Notes: a model not told the origin generated them from the sequence alone. 64,000 nucleotides of DNA from Arenicellales bacterium (GCA_965220395.1 CBDCPT010000003.1:136747-200746); one strand, 5' to 3'. Positions 29,629 through 41,367 are shown, numbered from the stretch's first letter. Translations and numbers: made by a program.

Positions 29629-30442
29629 ATCGTCAACTTTCACACCAATTCATCGGTGGCTTGTGCCAACGCTGTACATTGTTTTTCTTATGTTGCCTAT
29701 TTACTGGCTGCTGAACATGTCTTTTAAGACAACCAATGAAATTCTGGGAACATTTGCCTTGTATCCACTGGATTTCACGCTTGAAAACTATATCAAGATA
29801 TTCACGGATCCAACCTGGTACAACGGCTACCTGAACTCCATCACATATGTCGTCATCAATACGGTCATATCCGTCACCGTTGCATTGCCGGCTGCCTACG
29901 CATTTTCACGCTATCGATTTCTTGGCGACAAGCACTTGTTCTTTTGGCTGTTAACCAATCGAATGGCACCACCCGCAGTATTTGCATTACCGTTTTTTCA
30001 GTTGTATTCGGCTTTTGAACTGTTCGACACGCACATTGCCGTGGCGCTTGCACATTGCCTTTTCAATATTCCACTTGCTGTCTGGATACTTGAGGGATTC
30101 ATGTCTGGTGTACCTAAAGAGCTGGATGAAATGGCCTATGTTGACGGATACTCCTTCCCACGTTTCTTTACACGAATATTTTTACCAACTATAGCTTCAG
30201 GCATTGGTGTGGCGGCGTTTTTCTGTTTTATGTACTCTTGGGTAGAACTGCTGCTCTCGAAAACCCTTACATCAGTTGCAGCCAAATCAATTGCCGCAAC
30301 AATGACACGAACCGCAAGTACATCTGGATATGAGTTGGGGTTGCTCGCCGCCGCTGGAGCATTGACGATCATTCCAGGGGCTATCGTAATTTATTTTGTA
30401 CGTAACTACATCGCTAGGGGATTTTCCCTAGGCAGAGTCTAA
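29615..30442 (+). CDS. glpQ: Glycerol ABC permease
   Basis: LLTNRMAP, DEMAYVDG, RNYIARGF. Confidence 0.88.
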   Translation: MSSSRSSTFTPIHRWLVPTLYIVFLMLPIYWLLNMSFKTTNEILGTFALYPLDFTLENYIKIFTDPTWYNGYLNSITYVVINTVISVTVALPAAYAFSRYRFLGDKHLFFWLLTNRMAPPAVFALPFFQLYSAFELFDTHIAVALAHCLFNIPLAVWILEGFMSGVPKELDEMAYVDGYSFPRFFTRIFLPTIASGIGVAAFFCFMYSWVELLLSKTLTSVAAKSIAATMTRTASTSGYELGLLAAAGALTIIPGAIVIYFVRNYIARGFSLGRV

Positions 30443-30445
30443 AAG

Positions 30446-30730
30446 ATGCTAGATTTTTCCTGGATGGCATGGACGTGGCCTACTGTCCTATTTTTCCTGT
30501 TCATTCTGTTTTGTATTTCTGGCATGGCCGTATGGGAAAAGTTCAGTCCCGGTGGAAGTCCACGAAAAGGAGTTTTCGGCCTGGAAACGACCCGCGGTGA
30601 TCGACTCTTTATCAGTCTGTTAGGCAGCATCTTCATTTTTCTTGGCTGGCTCTGGTTTTTTTCAACTCCGCTATGGGGAGCACTGATTCTCTCCATCATA
30701 TGGTTTTTGTTTGTATTTCTGCGCGTTTGA
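30446..30730 (+). CDS. glpU: DUF2160 small membrane protein of the glycerol ABC system
   Basis: WMAWT..TTRGDRLFISLLG. Confidence 0.88.
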   Translation: MLDFSWMAWTWPTVLFFLFILFCISGMAVWEKFSPGGSPRKGVFGLETTRGDRLFISLLGSIFIFLGWLWFFSTPLWGALILSIIWFLFVFLRV

Positions 30731-30767
30731 CATTTTCAAGGGCGAGTCTTGACCAAGTTGAACAGCA

Positions 30768-32336
30768 ATGAGCATTGATATGAGCGGGCAAGCGACTTTC
30801 GATTTAGTTGTGATTGGTGGTGGTGTGAACGGTGCGGGTGTCGCCCGAGATGCGGCTGGCAGAGGCTTGAAAGTGCTGTTATGTGAGAAAGATGATTTTG
30901 CCCAACATACGTCTTCTGCAAGTACCAAACTCATTCATGGTGGACTTCGCTATCTTGAGAATTTGGATTTCAAACTAGTCAGACACAGCCTGCGGGAACG
31001 CGAGGTATTACTGCAAAACTCTCCTCACATAATTTGGCCTTTGCGCTTCGTTTTGCCACACGACAAAACTCTTAGACCTCGATGGTTCATCCGCTCAGGA
31101 CTTTTTTGCTACGATCATATGACGCCACTGAACTTGCTCGAGAAATCCAAAGGAGTTGATTTGAGGCGTCATGTGTCTGGCGAGTTTCTAAAAGAAAAAT
31201 ATTTGTACGGGTTTGAATATTCCGATTGTTGGGTGCAGGATTCGAGACTTGTGATACTCAACGTTATGGATGCCGCCGCACTAGGCGCGCAGGTGCTGAG
31301 TCGCACTCGTTGTACAGACTTGAAGCGAGATGCCGATCATTGGCTGGTTACATTAGTCGCAGAAAACGAGCGTAGCACGTTGTCTGATACATGGCATGTT
31401 AAATCCAGAGCGATAGTCGATGCATCAGGTGCTTGGGTTGACAGGATTGGAAATCGATATCAACACGCTGAGCATGATAAGTCTCTTGTGCTGATTCGCG
31501 GTAGTCACATAGTGGTTCCGAAATTATTTGAACATCCCTACGCGTACATTTTTCAAAATTCGGACAGGAGAATCATGTTTTGCATCCCATATGAACAGGA
31601 TTTTACTCTGATCGGTACTACAGAGGTCGAGGTACAAGATCCGGAACATAGTCCAAAGATCAGCGATTCGGAAATCAATTATCTTTGCCGGTCCGTCAAC
31701 AGGTATTTACGTGTACCAGTCAGTCAGAAAGATGTAGTATGGTCGTACAGCGGTATTCGAGCCCTGTTCGACGACGGGTCGAGCGATGTGAGTAGGATGA
31801 CGCGAAACTATGTACTAAAACTTGATGACAGCCTTGCACCGATTGTCTCCGTGTACGGAGGCAAAATTACCACCTATCGAATCCTGGCGGAGAATGTCTT
31901 GGATCTCCTGCGCAAGGTTCCGAACTTTGACAAGCCTCGGTGGACTAGCGGCAGCAAACTACCTGGGGGTGAGTTGGGAGACTCAAGTGTTGAAGAGTTT
32001 GCCAATCAACTGAGCTTTAAGTATGAATGGCTTCCTGTTGGCCTCGCTGACAGATACGCTCGACACTATGGAGCATGTTCGCACGACATACTCAACTATT
32101 GTTCAAGTCTTTCAGATTTGGGCCAAGACTTTTCAGTCGGATTGTATCAGGCTGAAGTGGATTACTTGATTTCCAGAGAATTTGCCAAAAGTGCAGAAGA
32201 TATCATTTGGCGACGAACCCGATTGGGGATGCGCATGAATAGGGATCAAATCACTGAGTTGAGCAAGTATGTCGATGGACGTGTGATGTCTACAAAGACG
32301 GTAACGGGATTTCGCAATGCAAACGTATATTCTTAG
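30768..32336 (+). CDS. glpD: Glycerol-3-phosphate dehydrogenase
   Basis: GGGVNG, TSSASTKLIHGGLRYLE, GGKITTYR, WRRTRLG. Confidence 0.95.
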   Translation: MSIDMSGQATFDLVVIGGGVNGAGVARDAAGRGLKVLLCEKDDFAQHTSSASTKLIHGGLRYLENLDFKLVRHSLREREVLLQNSPHIIWPLRFVLPHDKTLRPRWFIRSGLFCYDHMTPLNLLEKSKGVDLRRHVSGEFLKEKYLYGFEYSDCWVQDSRLVILNVMDAAALGAQVLSRTRCTDLKRDADHWLVTLVAENERSTLSDTWHVKSRAIVDASGAWVDRIGNRYQHAEHDKSLVLIRGSHIVVPKLFEHPYAYIFQNSDRRIMFCIPYEQDFTLIGTTEVEVQDPEHSPKISDSEINYLCRSVNRYLRVPVSQKDVVWSYSGIRALFDDGSSDVSRMTRNYVLKLDDSLAPIVSVYGGKITTYRILAENVLDLLRKVPNFDKPRWTSGSKLPGGELGDSSVEEFANQLSFKYEWLPVGLADRYARHYGACSHDILNYCSSLSDLGQDFSVGLYQAEVDYLISREFAKSAEDIIWRRTRLGMRMNRDQITELSKYVDGRVMSTKTVTGFRNANVYS

Positions 32337-33813
32337 CATAGATCAGGGAACGACCAGTTCTCGCGCCCTGTTGATCGATCAACAGGGTGTGGTGCTGCAC
32401 TCGCAGCAGAAAGAATTCAGCCAGCATTTTCCAAAGGATGGCTGGGTAGAGCACGACGCGAACGAAATTTGGCAGACTACCTTGTCAGTCACTCGCGGTG
32501 TTTTGGAATATGCAGGTGCTTTAACTGGTGAAGTAAAGGCAATTGGTATAACCAATCAGCGCGAAACGACAGTTGTTTGGGACCGAAAATCCGGCGAACC
32601 GATTTACAACGCGATCGTATGGCAGGACCGACGCACTGCTCGATTATGTGAATCGTTAAAAGAGAATGGTTTGTCACCGCATATCGCCGAGAAAACCGGT
32701 TTACTTCTAGATCCGTACTTTTCGGCGACTAAACTCGCATGGATCCTCGACAATGTTTCCGGCGCACGGGAAAAAGCCGCGCGAGGTGAATTGGCGTTTG
32801 GCACAATCGACAGTTTTCTGATCTGGCGTTTGACGTGTGGCCGTTCGCATGTGACTGACGCGACCAATGCTTCGCGAACTATGCTTTTCGACATTCGGCT
32901 TCAACGTTGGGACTCGGAGTTGCTTGAAATTTTTTCCATACCGGATAATTGTCTGCCAGAAGTTAAGAACAGTGCCGATGATTTTGGCATAGCTGACGAA
33001 TCAATACTGGGACAATCAATTCCGATTTGTGGTGTAGCGGGAGATCAACAGGCGGCGCTGATAGGGCAAGCGTGCTTCGAACCTGGCATGGTTAAGAGTA
33101 CCTACGGCACAGGATGTTTCATGATAATCAATACTGGACCAGATATCGTTCGATCAAAACACAAAATGCTGTCTACGATTGGCTATCGAATCAATGGCGA
33201 AGTCTGTTATGCAATGGAGGGATCGATTTTTGTCGCGGGTGCCGCCATGCAATGGCTACGGGACGGGTTGAACCTGATCGATAGTGTAGAGCAATCCGCG
33301 AGTCTGGCGGATTCGCTGGAAGGCAATTGCGGAGTTTACATGGTTCCAGCATTGACGGGTCTTGGCGCCCCTCATTGGCTGCCCGATGCACGAGGTGCCA
33401 TTTTAGGAATGACGCGGGATACGGGTCGGTCACAATTTGTTCGTGCAGCACTTGAATCTGTGGCTTATCAAACAGTCGATGTATTGCAGGCCATGCGTGC
33501 GGACGGCAGTCAAATCGGCCGATTGCGAGTTGACGGGGGTATGGCAAGAAATGACTGGTTCTGTCAGTTTCTCAGCAACATACTCAACCTTTCGGTAGAC
33601 CGCCCCTCTAATACGGAAACTACTGCATTGGGCGCAGCATATTTGGCGGGCCTTTACACGGGTCTGTACTCTACTTTGGATGAAATTTCAAAAAACTGGC
33701 AGTCTGACAAGATATTCGAAGTCACTATGGATGACAGCGTGCGTCATGAACTTTTGCGGCGTTGGGGAAAAGCCGTTGATTTAGTTGCGCAGTTTGCTTG
33801 TGATAATCCCTAG
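32317..33813 (+). CDS. glpK: Glycerol kinase
   Basis: DQGTTSSR, NQRET, PYFS, KSTYGTGCF, VDGG. Confidence 0.96.
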   Translation: MQTYILSIDQGTTSSRALLIDQQGVVLHSQQKEFSQHFPKDGWVEHDANEIWQTTLSVTRGVLEYAGALTGEVKAIGITNQRETTVVWDRKSGEPIYNAIVWQDRRTARLCESLKENGLSPHIAEKTGLLLDPYFSATKLAWILDNVSGAREKAARGELAFGTIDSFLIWRLTCGRSHVTDATNASRTMLFDIRLQRWDSELLEIFSIPDNCLPEVKNSADDFGIADESILGQSIPICGVAGDQQAALIGQACFEPGMVKSTYGTGCFMIINTGPDIVRSKHKMLSTIGYRINGEVCYAMEGSIFVAGAAMQWLRDGLNLIDSVEQSASLADSLEGNCGVYMVPALTGLGAPHWLPDARGAILGMTRDTGRSQFVRAALESVAYQTVDVLQAMRADGSQIGRLRVDGGMARNDWFCQFLSNILNLSVDRPSNTETTALGAAYLAGLYTGLYSTLDEISKNWQSDKIFEVTMDDSVRHELLRRWGKAVDLVAQFACDNP

Positions 33814-33830
33814 GGTCTATCTAATTTCGT

Positions 33831-34532
33831 TCACACTGAGAATGTCAAACCACCATCTACACGCAGATTCTGACCAGTCATGTAACTGGATTTTTCTGAG
33901 ATAAGGAAAGCCACAACTTCCGATACTTCTCTGACTTTTGCATAACGCTCTGCCGGAATGCGTGCCCGTCGACCATCTGTTTCAGGCAAGCTGTCAACAA
34001 AGCCCGGTAGAACGTTGTTCATTCGTATGCCTATAGCTGCATAGTTTGAACTGAATAGTTTGGTGTAGGATGCCAGGCCAGCACGAAATACACCTGAAGT
34101 CGGGAACAACGGGTCAGGTTCGAATGCCGAAAACGTGGAGATATTGACAATCGAGCCAATGCCTTGTCGCTCCATGATTGGTGTCACGAAGCGAGCCATG
34201 CGGACGACGTTCATCAGGTAATAATCCATTCCTAAATGCCATTCCTCATCGCTAATTTCCAAAATATTTCCCTTGGGGCCATGACCGGCGCAGTTCACCA
34301 CACCGTCAATTCGTCCAAAGCGTTTCATCGCAACTTCTACGAAATTTGCTAGATCCTCAGGCACCAAATTTGACCCGGTAAAACCTAAGCCGCCCAAATC
34401 CTTACCCAGAACTTCACCTTTTCCAGAAGATGACATCACTCCGATATTAAACCCTTCTTCAGCTAACTTTTTGGCAGCATCAGCACCAATTCCGCTACCA
34501 CCACCCACTATCAGTGCTACTGGTTTGACCAT
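33831..34532 (-). CDS. SDR family oxidoreductase
   Basis: GGGSGIG, NVLPG, TGQNLRVDGG. Confidence 0.9.
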   Translation of the reverse strand: MVKPVALIVGGGSGIGADAAKKLAEEGFNIGVMSSSGKGEVLGKDLGGLGFTGSNLVPEDLANFVEVAMKRFGRIDGVVNCAGHGPKGNILEISDEEWHLGMDYYLMNVVRMARFVTPIMERQGIGSIVNISTFSAFEPDPLFPTSGVFRAGLASYTKLFSSNYAAIGIRMNNVLPGFVDSLPETDGRRARIPAERYAKVREVSEVVAFLISEKSSYMTGQNLRVDGGLTFSV

Positions 34533-35062
34533 ATTTTCTCCACAAGATTATTGTCGAAAAACAAGAGGTAATATTTTACAACGCACCACGCAGAACGGGC
34601 GCGGAACGACAGAGCTCTAATTTGCAATTGGAAATCTGAAACAAACAAAATGGTCTTGAACAATAAGGTTTGTCAAACCCATCGGACTTCGCCCGATGAA
34701 TGATCCCAATTCGCAAATATATAGAACTAATTCCTTCCGCTTTCAGCATTCCAGGTTCACAGACACCACTGGCATTCGTTACATTTGAAAACGTTGTTCA
34801 AACCAAATTTGAATTGGATTGAACGCTTGGTGCTATGCTAGGTTTACAATTGTAGTGCTCACACTTCGTACGACCTCGCCTACCACCTAGTTGCTCGTAG
34901 CGATGAGCAATTAAATCTGGTACGGATCGTTTATCGTGAGAAACTCCAACTATCAATGTATGATGAGTTTCCTGGCAAACACTAATAAAGCTTCGGAATG
35001 TTCGGTCCACATGTTTGCATTTTCGATTACGAACATGAAAACAGTGTTGTAGATGACGTAAT

Positions 35063-36225
35063 CTAGCTGAAATCGCTTGCAATCACATCGAAAAATCTCA
35101 TTGCCTCCGTGTCGACTATCATGTCCAACGGTGTCGGCCTTGAAGAAAGACAGGAAATTACCAAATTTCGAAAAGGATTGATATAGAGGTATTGTCTATG
35201 AATTCCCAAAGCATAGATGACTTGATCGGAATTTCCCGATCGCAACCACTTGTTGTGATAGCTTGCTTTCGGCATTAGCGTCGCACATTCTCCGAGCTTC
35301 CAAGCTTCACGGTTCCCGGTGCTATCCATGATTTCATTGATCCAAGCCTTGGGAAGAACCTGATTGCCCTGGCTGCTTTTGCCTCCGTCACAAATGACTT
35401 GTCCCATCGTTGTCAAATCATCAATAGTTGTGGAAATCCCATCTGCAGTGCGTACATCCTGATAATGATCCAGAGTGATTGAAGCTTCAGTCTTCGCACC
35501 AATGGGTTTCCATAGGAGTTCACTCATCAGTTCGGGGAACGAAGAGCCACTGGAAGCGGCGAGAATCATGCCGAGAAGATCGGAATTCGGGGAGTGATAG
35601 CGAAAGACTCTGCCATGCTGATCGTCAAGCTTTCTCAAACTAAAAATAAATTTCCGCAATCCTTCCAGATTGTTTCCGTCATCGACAGGATCCCAACCGG
35701 CTGCGTTCCTATAGCGACAGTAGTCATTTGCTTGTGCTGCATAGGTTTCTTCGAAATCCAGAGCTACGGTCATGTCCAGCACATGCTGGACAGTACAGTC
35801 GGAATAGGCCGATTCAGCCGGAATGGGAAGATAGTCCGATACAGGTGATTCGGGATCAAGCAATCCTTGATGTTGCAGAATTCCTGCGACAGTACGGTAA
35901 TGGATTTGCTGACAGAAAACACAATATGAGTGTTGGTCGGATCGAAATGCGGGGCATACCAGCTGGCGACGACGGACCCTTTGTGACCAACCATAAATCC
36001 ATCGGCATAAGTTCGACTCAGGAAAGATTGAAGGGTTTCGCTCGACGATGGAAGAGTGGTTTCAATGAACAATTTTGTTTCTGATGCCTGACGGTGATTC
36101 TGTTCCATCTCAGTGCATGCAGGAATTGTCGCAGACGGCACTACTTCCGACACGTGCTGAAAGGACCATTGGCTGAACGGATGTTCTCGCCAGTTTGAAA
36201 AGTTCAATCCCTCTGGAGCGTTCAT
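35063..36225 (-). pseudogene. Serine hydrolase (NylB / beta-lactamase fold), frameshifted
   Basis: FSVSKS (SxxK) in ORF 35770..36225; HVLDM and FRYHSPNSDLLG in the overlapping ORF 35063..35863. Confidence 0.8.
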
Positions 36226-36716
36226 TCCTCATTTTCTAGTAAACGGCGGTTCTCTGGGTGTACATACCATGGCTCGAAAGTGGCTTCGTAGGCGAACGCT
36301 GCTTGGATTACACGTGCATCTTCATAGCTCGGCCCGACCAATTGAATTCCTGTCGGGACATTATCTCGCCTTATTCCGGAAGGTATGCTGATGACAGGGC
36401 ATCGGCTCAGCATGTTGAAGAGCAGGGTCATAACCTAGCCAAGTTCTGGATTGAGCTGTTTACCGTTAACAATGACGGTAAATTTAGATTGGTCATGATC
36501 CGCTGGCACTGAGGCAAGGTTGTTTGCAGGGCAGACCAATGGATGATACTTGCATAGCAATAGACCGATAGTCCGATACATTTCCCCAGCAATGTTGTAG
36601 CTGTTCCAAAATTCTTCACTGTTCGAATTCTTGCCGTGCAACGGGAAATCCATTGCATAGCTGGTTAGAAGATCTCCGTATTCAAAGTATGATTGACACA
36701 TGGCATACACGAACAA
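36222..36716 (-). pseudogene. Amidase C-terminal remnant, frameshifted
   Basis: LVCPANN...MTLLFNMLSRCPVISIPSG..VPTGIQLVG. Confidence 0.75.
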
Positions 36717-36832
36717 GTGGTCGGATTTGATTCCGCGGCTGGCTTGAATTGCGCCGAGAACTCCAACGATACCGGAATGGCTCTTGAAACTCGGCTTAAC
36801 ACAATTTTGTAATTGGGTAAGACTATAGTTCT

Positions 36833-38371
36833 CTATCTTACTTGTTCATTAACGCTTTCAATGCTCTGATCCCATTCTTCTACATCGACGCTGAGTGATT
36901 TCCAAAACTCTTGAGGTCGGCGGGCTTCAAAATCATCCAGTGTGACGCCTTGTTGTTCTACCCAAGTGTAATACCCCAAGTTGAATATGCGCTTTTGATC
37001 GTTGTAAGTTAGGTCATGAAGCTCGCTGCCATCAATCGCCATTAGATGCCGACCAAAAATCTCAGCACCCGAAAGTGCATCGAAAGCACCTTGATATTTG
37101 TCTTCAACCATTGAATCGATTTGGCTTCGATAAAGTTTTGAACTATCGGTTGCTACTGTGATTACGACATGCTCTTGATTCAAATCAAAATGGCGCGCAT
37201 AACGACACGCAGCCAATACATTGGCAACACCGGATAGTCCGAGTTTTGACAGGTCTTGAATTTCCTTGTCTGAAAGGTTGCACCTCGATTTCAAATACGA
37301 CCGCCCTTCCTCAGTATTGAGTAATAAATACACTCCATCGCTGGATTGATCCGAAATACCTACAACGGTATCTGTATTCATTACATTGTGAATGAAGGGC
37401 AGATGTTTATCGCCGATTCCTTGAATGTTATGTTCACCAAACCCATTGTGCAACATGGTGGGACACTCGACCGCTTCGACAGCAACAATCTTTGATCCGT
37501 ATTGCTCTTTCAGATAGTCACCCGCTGCTAGTGTTCCAGCGGAGCCGGTCGCAGAGACAAAAGCAGATAATTTCAATTTTTTATCGGTCTCGCGCAACGA
37601 TCTAAAAATGTGTGCGGCGGCTTGTCCGGTGCAATAGTAGTGACCAACATAGTTTCCAAATTCTGCAAACTGATTGATAACAATATTCTGATCGTCGCGA
37701 CCCAGTCGAGCGCATTCATCATAGATTTCCTTAACATTGCTTTCAGTCCCATAAGTTCGAATGATGTCGGATGGATTGGTAACCCAACTTTCCAACCAAT
37801 CGAAACGCTCTTTGCTCATCCCTTCAGGAAGTACCGCAATGCTTCGGCAACCTAAAATTTTCGATATAGCAACGCCTCCACGGCAATAATTTCCTGTTGA
37901 CGGCCAAACCGCCCGATGATACATAGGATCAAAGGATCCTTCCAAGAGACGGGGAACCAAACAAGAATATGCAGCCAAAACTTTGTGAGCTGACACCATG
38001 GGGAATCGCTCGCCAAGCATCACGACTATGCTTGCATTCGTACCACTGATTGCTTTTGGGATTTCAATAAATCCGGGTATTTCATCAAACCCTAACCCCT
38101 CCTCATCGTTATACCAATGAACACGATAGAGATTAATCGGATCCGCTGCATTTTTTTCGATAGCTTTGAGTCTCTCGACTATCGACTGGGGTATGGTTAA
38201 GGGATTTGCCAATTCAGAGAATTTTGGCAATTTAATGTTGTTGGTTCTCAAATAATTGATTAACTCAGTAGAACCATGTTGTGCATTTTTACTAGATTTT
38301 GACACTTTATTGTTTTCCCGATTTTTAATATTTCCAGAATGGATCAGAACAAATCTATTTGATTTTCCCAC
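36833..38371 (-). CDS. PLP-dependent fold-type II enzyme (cysteine synthase-like)
   Basis: AHKV (PLP Lys), WPSTGNY, NQF, ATGSAGT, HNIQGIGD. Confidence 0.85.
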   Translation of the reverse strand: MGKSNRFVLIHSGNIKNRENNKVSKSSKNAQHGSTELINYLRTNNIKLPKFSELANPLTIPQSIVERLKAIEKNAADPINLYRVHWYNDEEGLGFDEIPGFIEIPKAISGTNASIVVMLGERFPMVSAHKVLAAYSCLVPRLLEGSFDPMYHRAVWPSTGNYCRGGVAISKILGCRSIAVLPEGMSKERFDWLESWVTNPSDIIRTYGTESNVKEIYDECARLGRDDQNIVINQFAEFGNYVGHYYCTGQAAAHIFRSLRETDKKLKLSAFVSATGSAGTLAAGDYLKEQYGSKIVAVEAVECPTMLHNGFGEHNIQGIGDKHLPFIHNVMNTDTVVGISDQSSDGVYLLLNTEEGRSYLKSRCNLSDKEIQDLSKLGLSGVANVLAACRYARHFDLNQEHVVITVATDSSKLYRSQIDSMVEDKYQGAFDALSGAEIFGRHLMAIDGSELHDLTYNDQKRIFNLGYYTWVEQQGVTLDDFEARRPQEFWKSLSVDVEEWDQSIESVNEQVR

Positions 38372-38607
38372 AATTTCAATCTAATTTTCTGATCCCACTG
38401 ATACGGTATTAACTTTAGTGAGTTCAAAATCTGCAAACGTAGGCGTTTGTGATATCTCAGTATATGCTTCCACTTCCCAATGTGGTCCTAACTCTCACAA
38501 CACAACAGAGCCAGATTATGAAGTAGTTTAATTTTGAATTGAGTATTGTCCAAAAACCATTGACTTGAAGCGATTTAAACGTGCGTTTGAGTCAAGTCCG
38601 CGCTGGA

Positions 38608-40065
38608 TTATCGGGGCAGGTCAATCTTCAATTCATGCCAAATCCAAGTCGTGTCATATGGTTCTTGGCCTTGTTGCGCAGCGCGTCGATATTCCGTATT
38701 TTCCAACAGCTTAAGCCAATCAATCACCTGATGGCGGCCTTTTTTTGTCGCCGCCACCTGTCTTGGCGTTTTGTTTCCCAGCGCGGGAATAGGTTGATCA
38801 AGGGTGCGACGGTAGTGATCATCGAGATAAGAATGTAATGCCTCCAACATATCCTCAGTCGTAATCAGACTTTCTTCCTCTACCGGTTCTCTCGTTTCTT
38901 CCAGTGCTTTCTCCACGTTCTGGTACGAAATCAGAGATTGTCCCACTAGATTCCCTAGGCGGGATGCTAGAAGCACTTGCCCTCTCTCAGCGCGTTCTGC
39001 TGAATTGGCACTCAGCACCAACGCTTTCGGATGAAGCTCTACGTAACCAATAATTGTGTTACCGAATCCGGTTTCATCGGACTCAGAATACACTTCCGAT
39101 ACCGGAGTTCCCTTCCGGTGACGTGCGAACCGATATCCCGGATCCCCCGCCTCAAGCCAATCCCATTTATATTTTTCGCCTTCCCTTTCAAATACCGCTG
39201 TTTCGTCGAGCACTGCAATTACATCGGCTTGATCACCCTGAATCGGGAACCGCACTTCGCAGAATATGAACAACTCGTCGTCGCTGTTACGGATTTCCGG
39301 CAAAGGGGCCTGAGACTTGACAACGGTATCTATCATCCAAGCATGCGTGAGCATCTGTGCACAGGGTAGGGTTTCAAGCACCATTTCCCGGGAGACAGGC
39401 GGAATCGCTGCTGATTTCCCGTACTGCTTTCGCAGATCTTTGAGCATATCTTTTTTAAAGTCTTTTATCATCGTGTCTACAATTGACACGAGCTCCTGTG
39501 CTATATGGCGGCTGAGATGCATCACTGGAATCGTAAAATAATTCTTCCCGTTCAAGGAAACGACTCGCGCCGCTATACAATCCCAAATTGCCGAATTTTC
39601 CGAACCCAGCCTCTCCTGTATAGTCAATGGCCTACTGTCCCTAAGCAGGTCTCGCACCATCATGTTCCGTTCAGGATTGAGTTCAATGATCTCGTACAAA
39701 GATACCGTGGAATCCCGGAGCAACTTCAAGTAATGTCGGACGGCAACCGACTCACGTTTACCACGTCGCTTGAGGTAGTCGTTGACCACATTCAATTCGC
39801 CGTTCTCACCGAACCAACTGGCAAAGAAGTCCTCAAAGATCGCGAAGTTCAGCATTTCAGCGTTCAACTTGCCGAGATGATCAAAAATCTCATCTTCCTC
39901 AAGACCGAGAGTTTCGATAGGGATATCGAGGTGATCCCCGTATGTCAGGTGCAGAAAATTTACCCATTGGGGCTCTTCTGACCACTTCATGAGTCTCTCT
40001 ATTGCCTTGTTGATCCTTCTACTATTTGCTATCATTTTTCCGCTACCAATCAATTTGCCAAGCAC
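38608..40065 (-). CDS. Hypothetical protein with C-terminal MbcA/ParS-like motif
   Basis: Long ORF ending HYRRTLDQPIPALGNKTPRQ; start uncertain. Confidence 0.7.
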   Translation of the reverse strand: MLGKLIGSGKMIANSRRINKAIERLMKWSEEPQWVNFLHLTYGDHLDIPIETLGLEEDEIFDHLGKLNAEMLNFAIFEDFFASWFGENGELNVVNDYLKRRGKRESVAVRHYLKLLRDSTVSLYEIIELNPERNMMVRDLLRDSRPLTIQERLGSENSAIWDCIAARVVSLNGKNYFTIPVMHLSRHIAQELVSIVDTMIKDFKKDMLKDLRKQYGKSAAIPPVSREMVLETLPCAQMLTHAWMIDTVVKSQAPLPEIRNSDDELFIFCEVRFPIQGDQADVIAVLDETAVFEREGEKYKWDWLEAGDPGYRFARHRKGTPVSEVYSESDETGFGNTIIGYVELHPKALVLSANSAERAERGQVLLASRLGNLVGQSLISYQNVEKALEETREPVEEESLITTEDMLEALHSYLDDHYRRTLDQPIPALGNKTPRQVAATKKGRHQVIDWLKLLENTEYRRAAQQGQEPYDTTWIWHELKIDLPR

Positions 40066-40195
40066 TGTACTCGAAATGATAGGATATTTGTTGCGGTTAA
40101 AAAAGTGTTCGGACTGGTGTCATGTCAATCATGTAATGTCGTATATATTATAATTGATTCTTGTTTGTGTCATGATGATTTACAAGGAACTACAA

Positions 40196-40340
40196 ATGAA
40201 ACGTTATGTGGTAACACTCCAGAAATCAGAGCGAGATGAGTTGGAACAGATTACGTACAAAGGTTCTCATTTGTCGCAGAAAGTGATCAATTCGTTGATC
40301 CTGTTGAACTGTGACGAAGGTCCATTCAATGATCGGCGGG
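40196..40340 (+). pseudogene. IS630-family transposase N-terminal remnant
   Basis: MKRYVVTL..SERDELEQ..KG......NSLILL.CDE. Confidence 0.65.
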
Positions 40341-40609
40341 AGTCGGGGAGGGCAAATTTACGCTTGTACGATTTTTCATTTCAGTAGTTAGATCGAGGTT
40401 GTGTTGCTGAAATTTTTGTCGTAATTCACTCCCCTGTGTTGTGATTTTGTGCGTTGTGCGAGCGATTTGGCATGGAAATCCTGAATAACATGGCAATGCG
40501 GCGGATTCGGGCCGCATCAAATCCTGCCGCTGTTGCGGCATGGAAGCGAATTGCGTGCCTGTGCATACCGCAGGCGTTAAAAGCTGGACGGAGACATTGC
40601 GGTTTGTGA

Positions 40610-40880
40610 CGCGATCCGAATGGAGGTGCTCGTCGGCGCACACGACGAGCGTCAGTTAGAGATGCTTCGCGGCTGCTTGCGATGGCAGTCGTTCTTCCCA
40701 CCGAGCCTGTGCACTACGATGATGCGGCCGCGCTGTTCCGTCGATACCGCAGTGAAGGGGAAACCGTGTACAGGCTGATTGATTGCCTCATAGCCGCGGT
40801 CACGACCTGCATCGACGTGCCAGTGTTGCATCGCGACAGAGTATTTGACGTGTTGACCTGCTACATCGAAATTCAAACGT
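40610..40880 (+). pseudogene. VapC PIN toxin C-terminal remnant
   Basis: EVLVGA..YDDAAALFR..GETV..LIDCLIAAV..VLHRDRVFD. Confidence 0.7.
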
Positions 40881-40889
40881 TGAGTAACG

Positions 40890-41225
40890 CCACTAATAGT
40901 TGTGCTGTCAGCGCAATACCAACCTTTAGGCATCCTTCAGCGCAAGTCGAAAAGGCGCTGGTATCGATAATCACTCAGCATCCGCACTGAAAACTTCAAA
41001 ATCCTTCTCAACAAGGCGAAGTATGCGTCGGCTATACTCGGTGTAATCTTATAATTTCCGAAATTGGCCTTTCACCATTTTTCATATTCGCCAATTTCTC
41101 GTTTACGAATCAACTCCTCTAACAACTCAGCGAACAACTGAGTGGGAGTTACGTCTCGGTTAGCAACTGGTATCTGCGCTTGTATGAATTTGATATTGCG
41201 AAGTTCGACGGTAATTTTCATCATC
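40890..41225 (-). pseudogene. Decayed antitoxin plus VapC stub
   Basis: MMKITVEL...W*...DFE..DAE* overlapping a GTG start MIIDTSAFS. Confidence 0.5.
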
Positions 41226-41367
41226 CGAGCAATTTTATTGAAACATTTGTCAATCCATGTTGTACCCTAGCGCAAAAATCCATAACATGACCAGAACACG
41301 GCTTGTTTCCAACTTTCCTTGCGCATTGAAAAACTATATCTCCCTCCCTAGTACAAAAGAAAATCTA

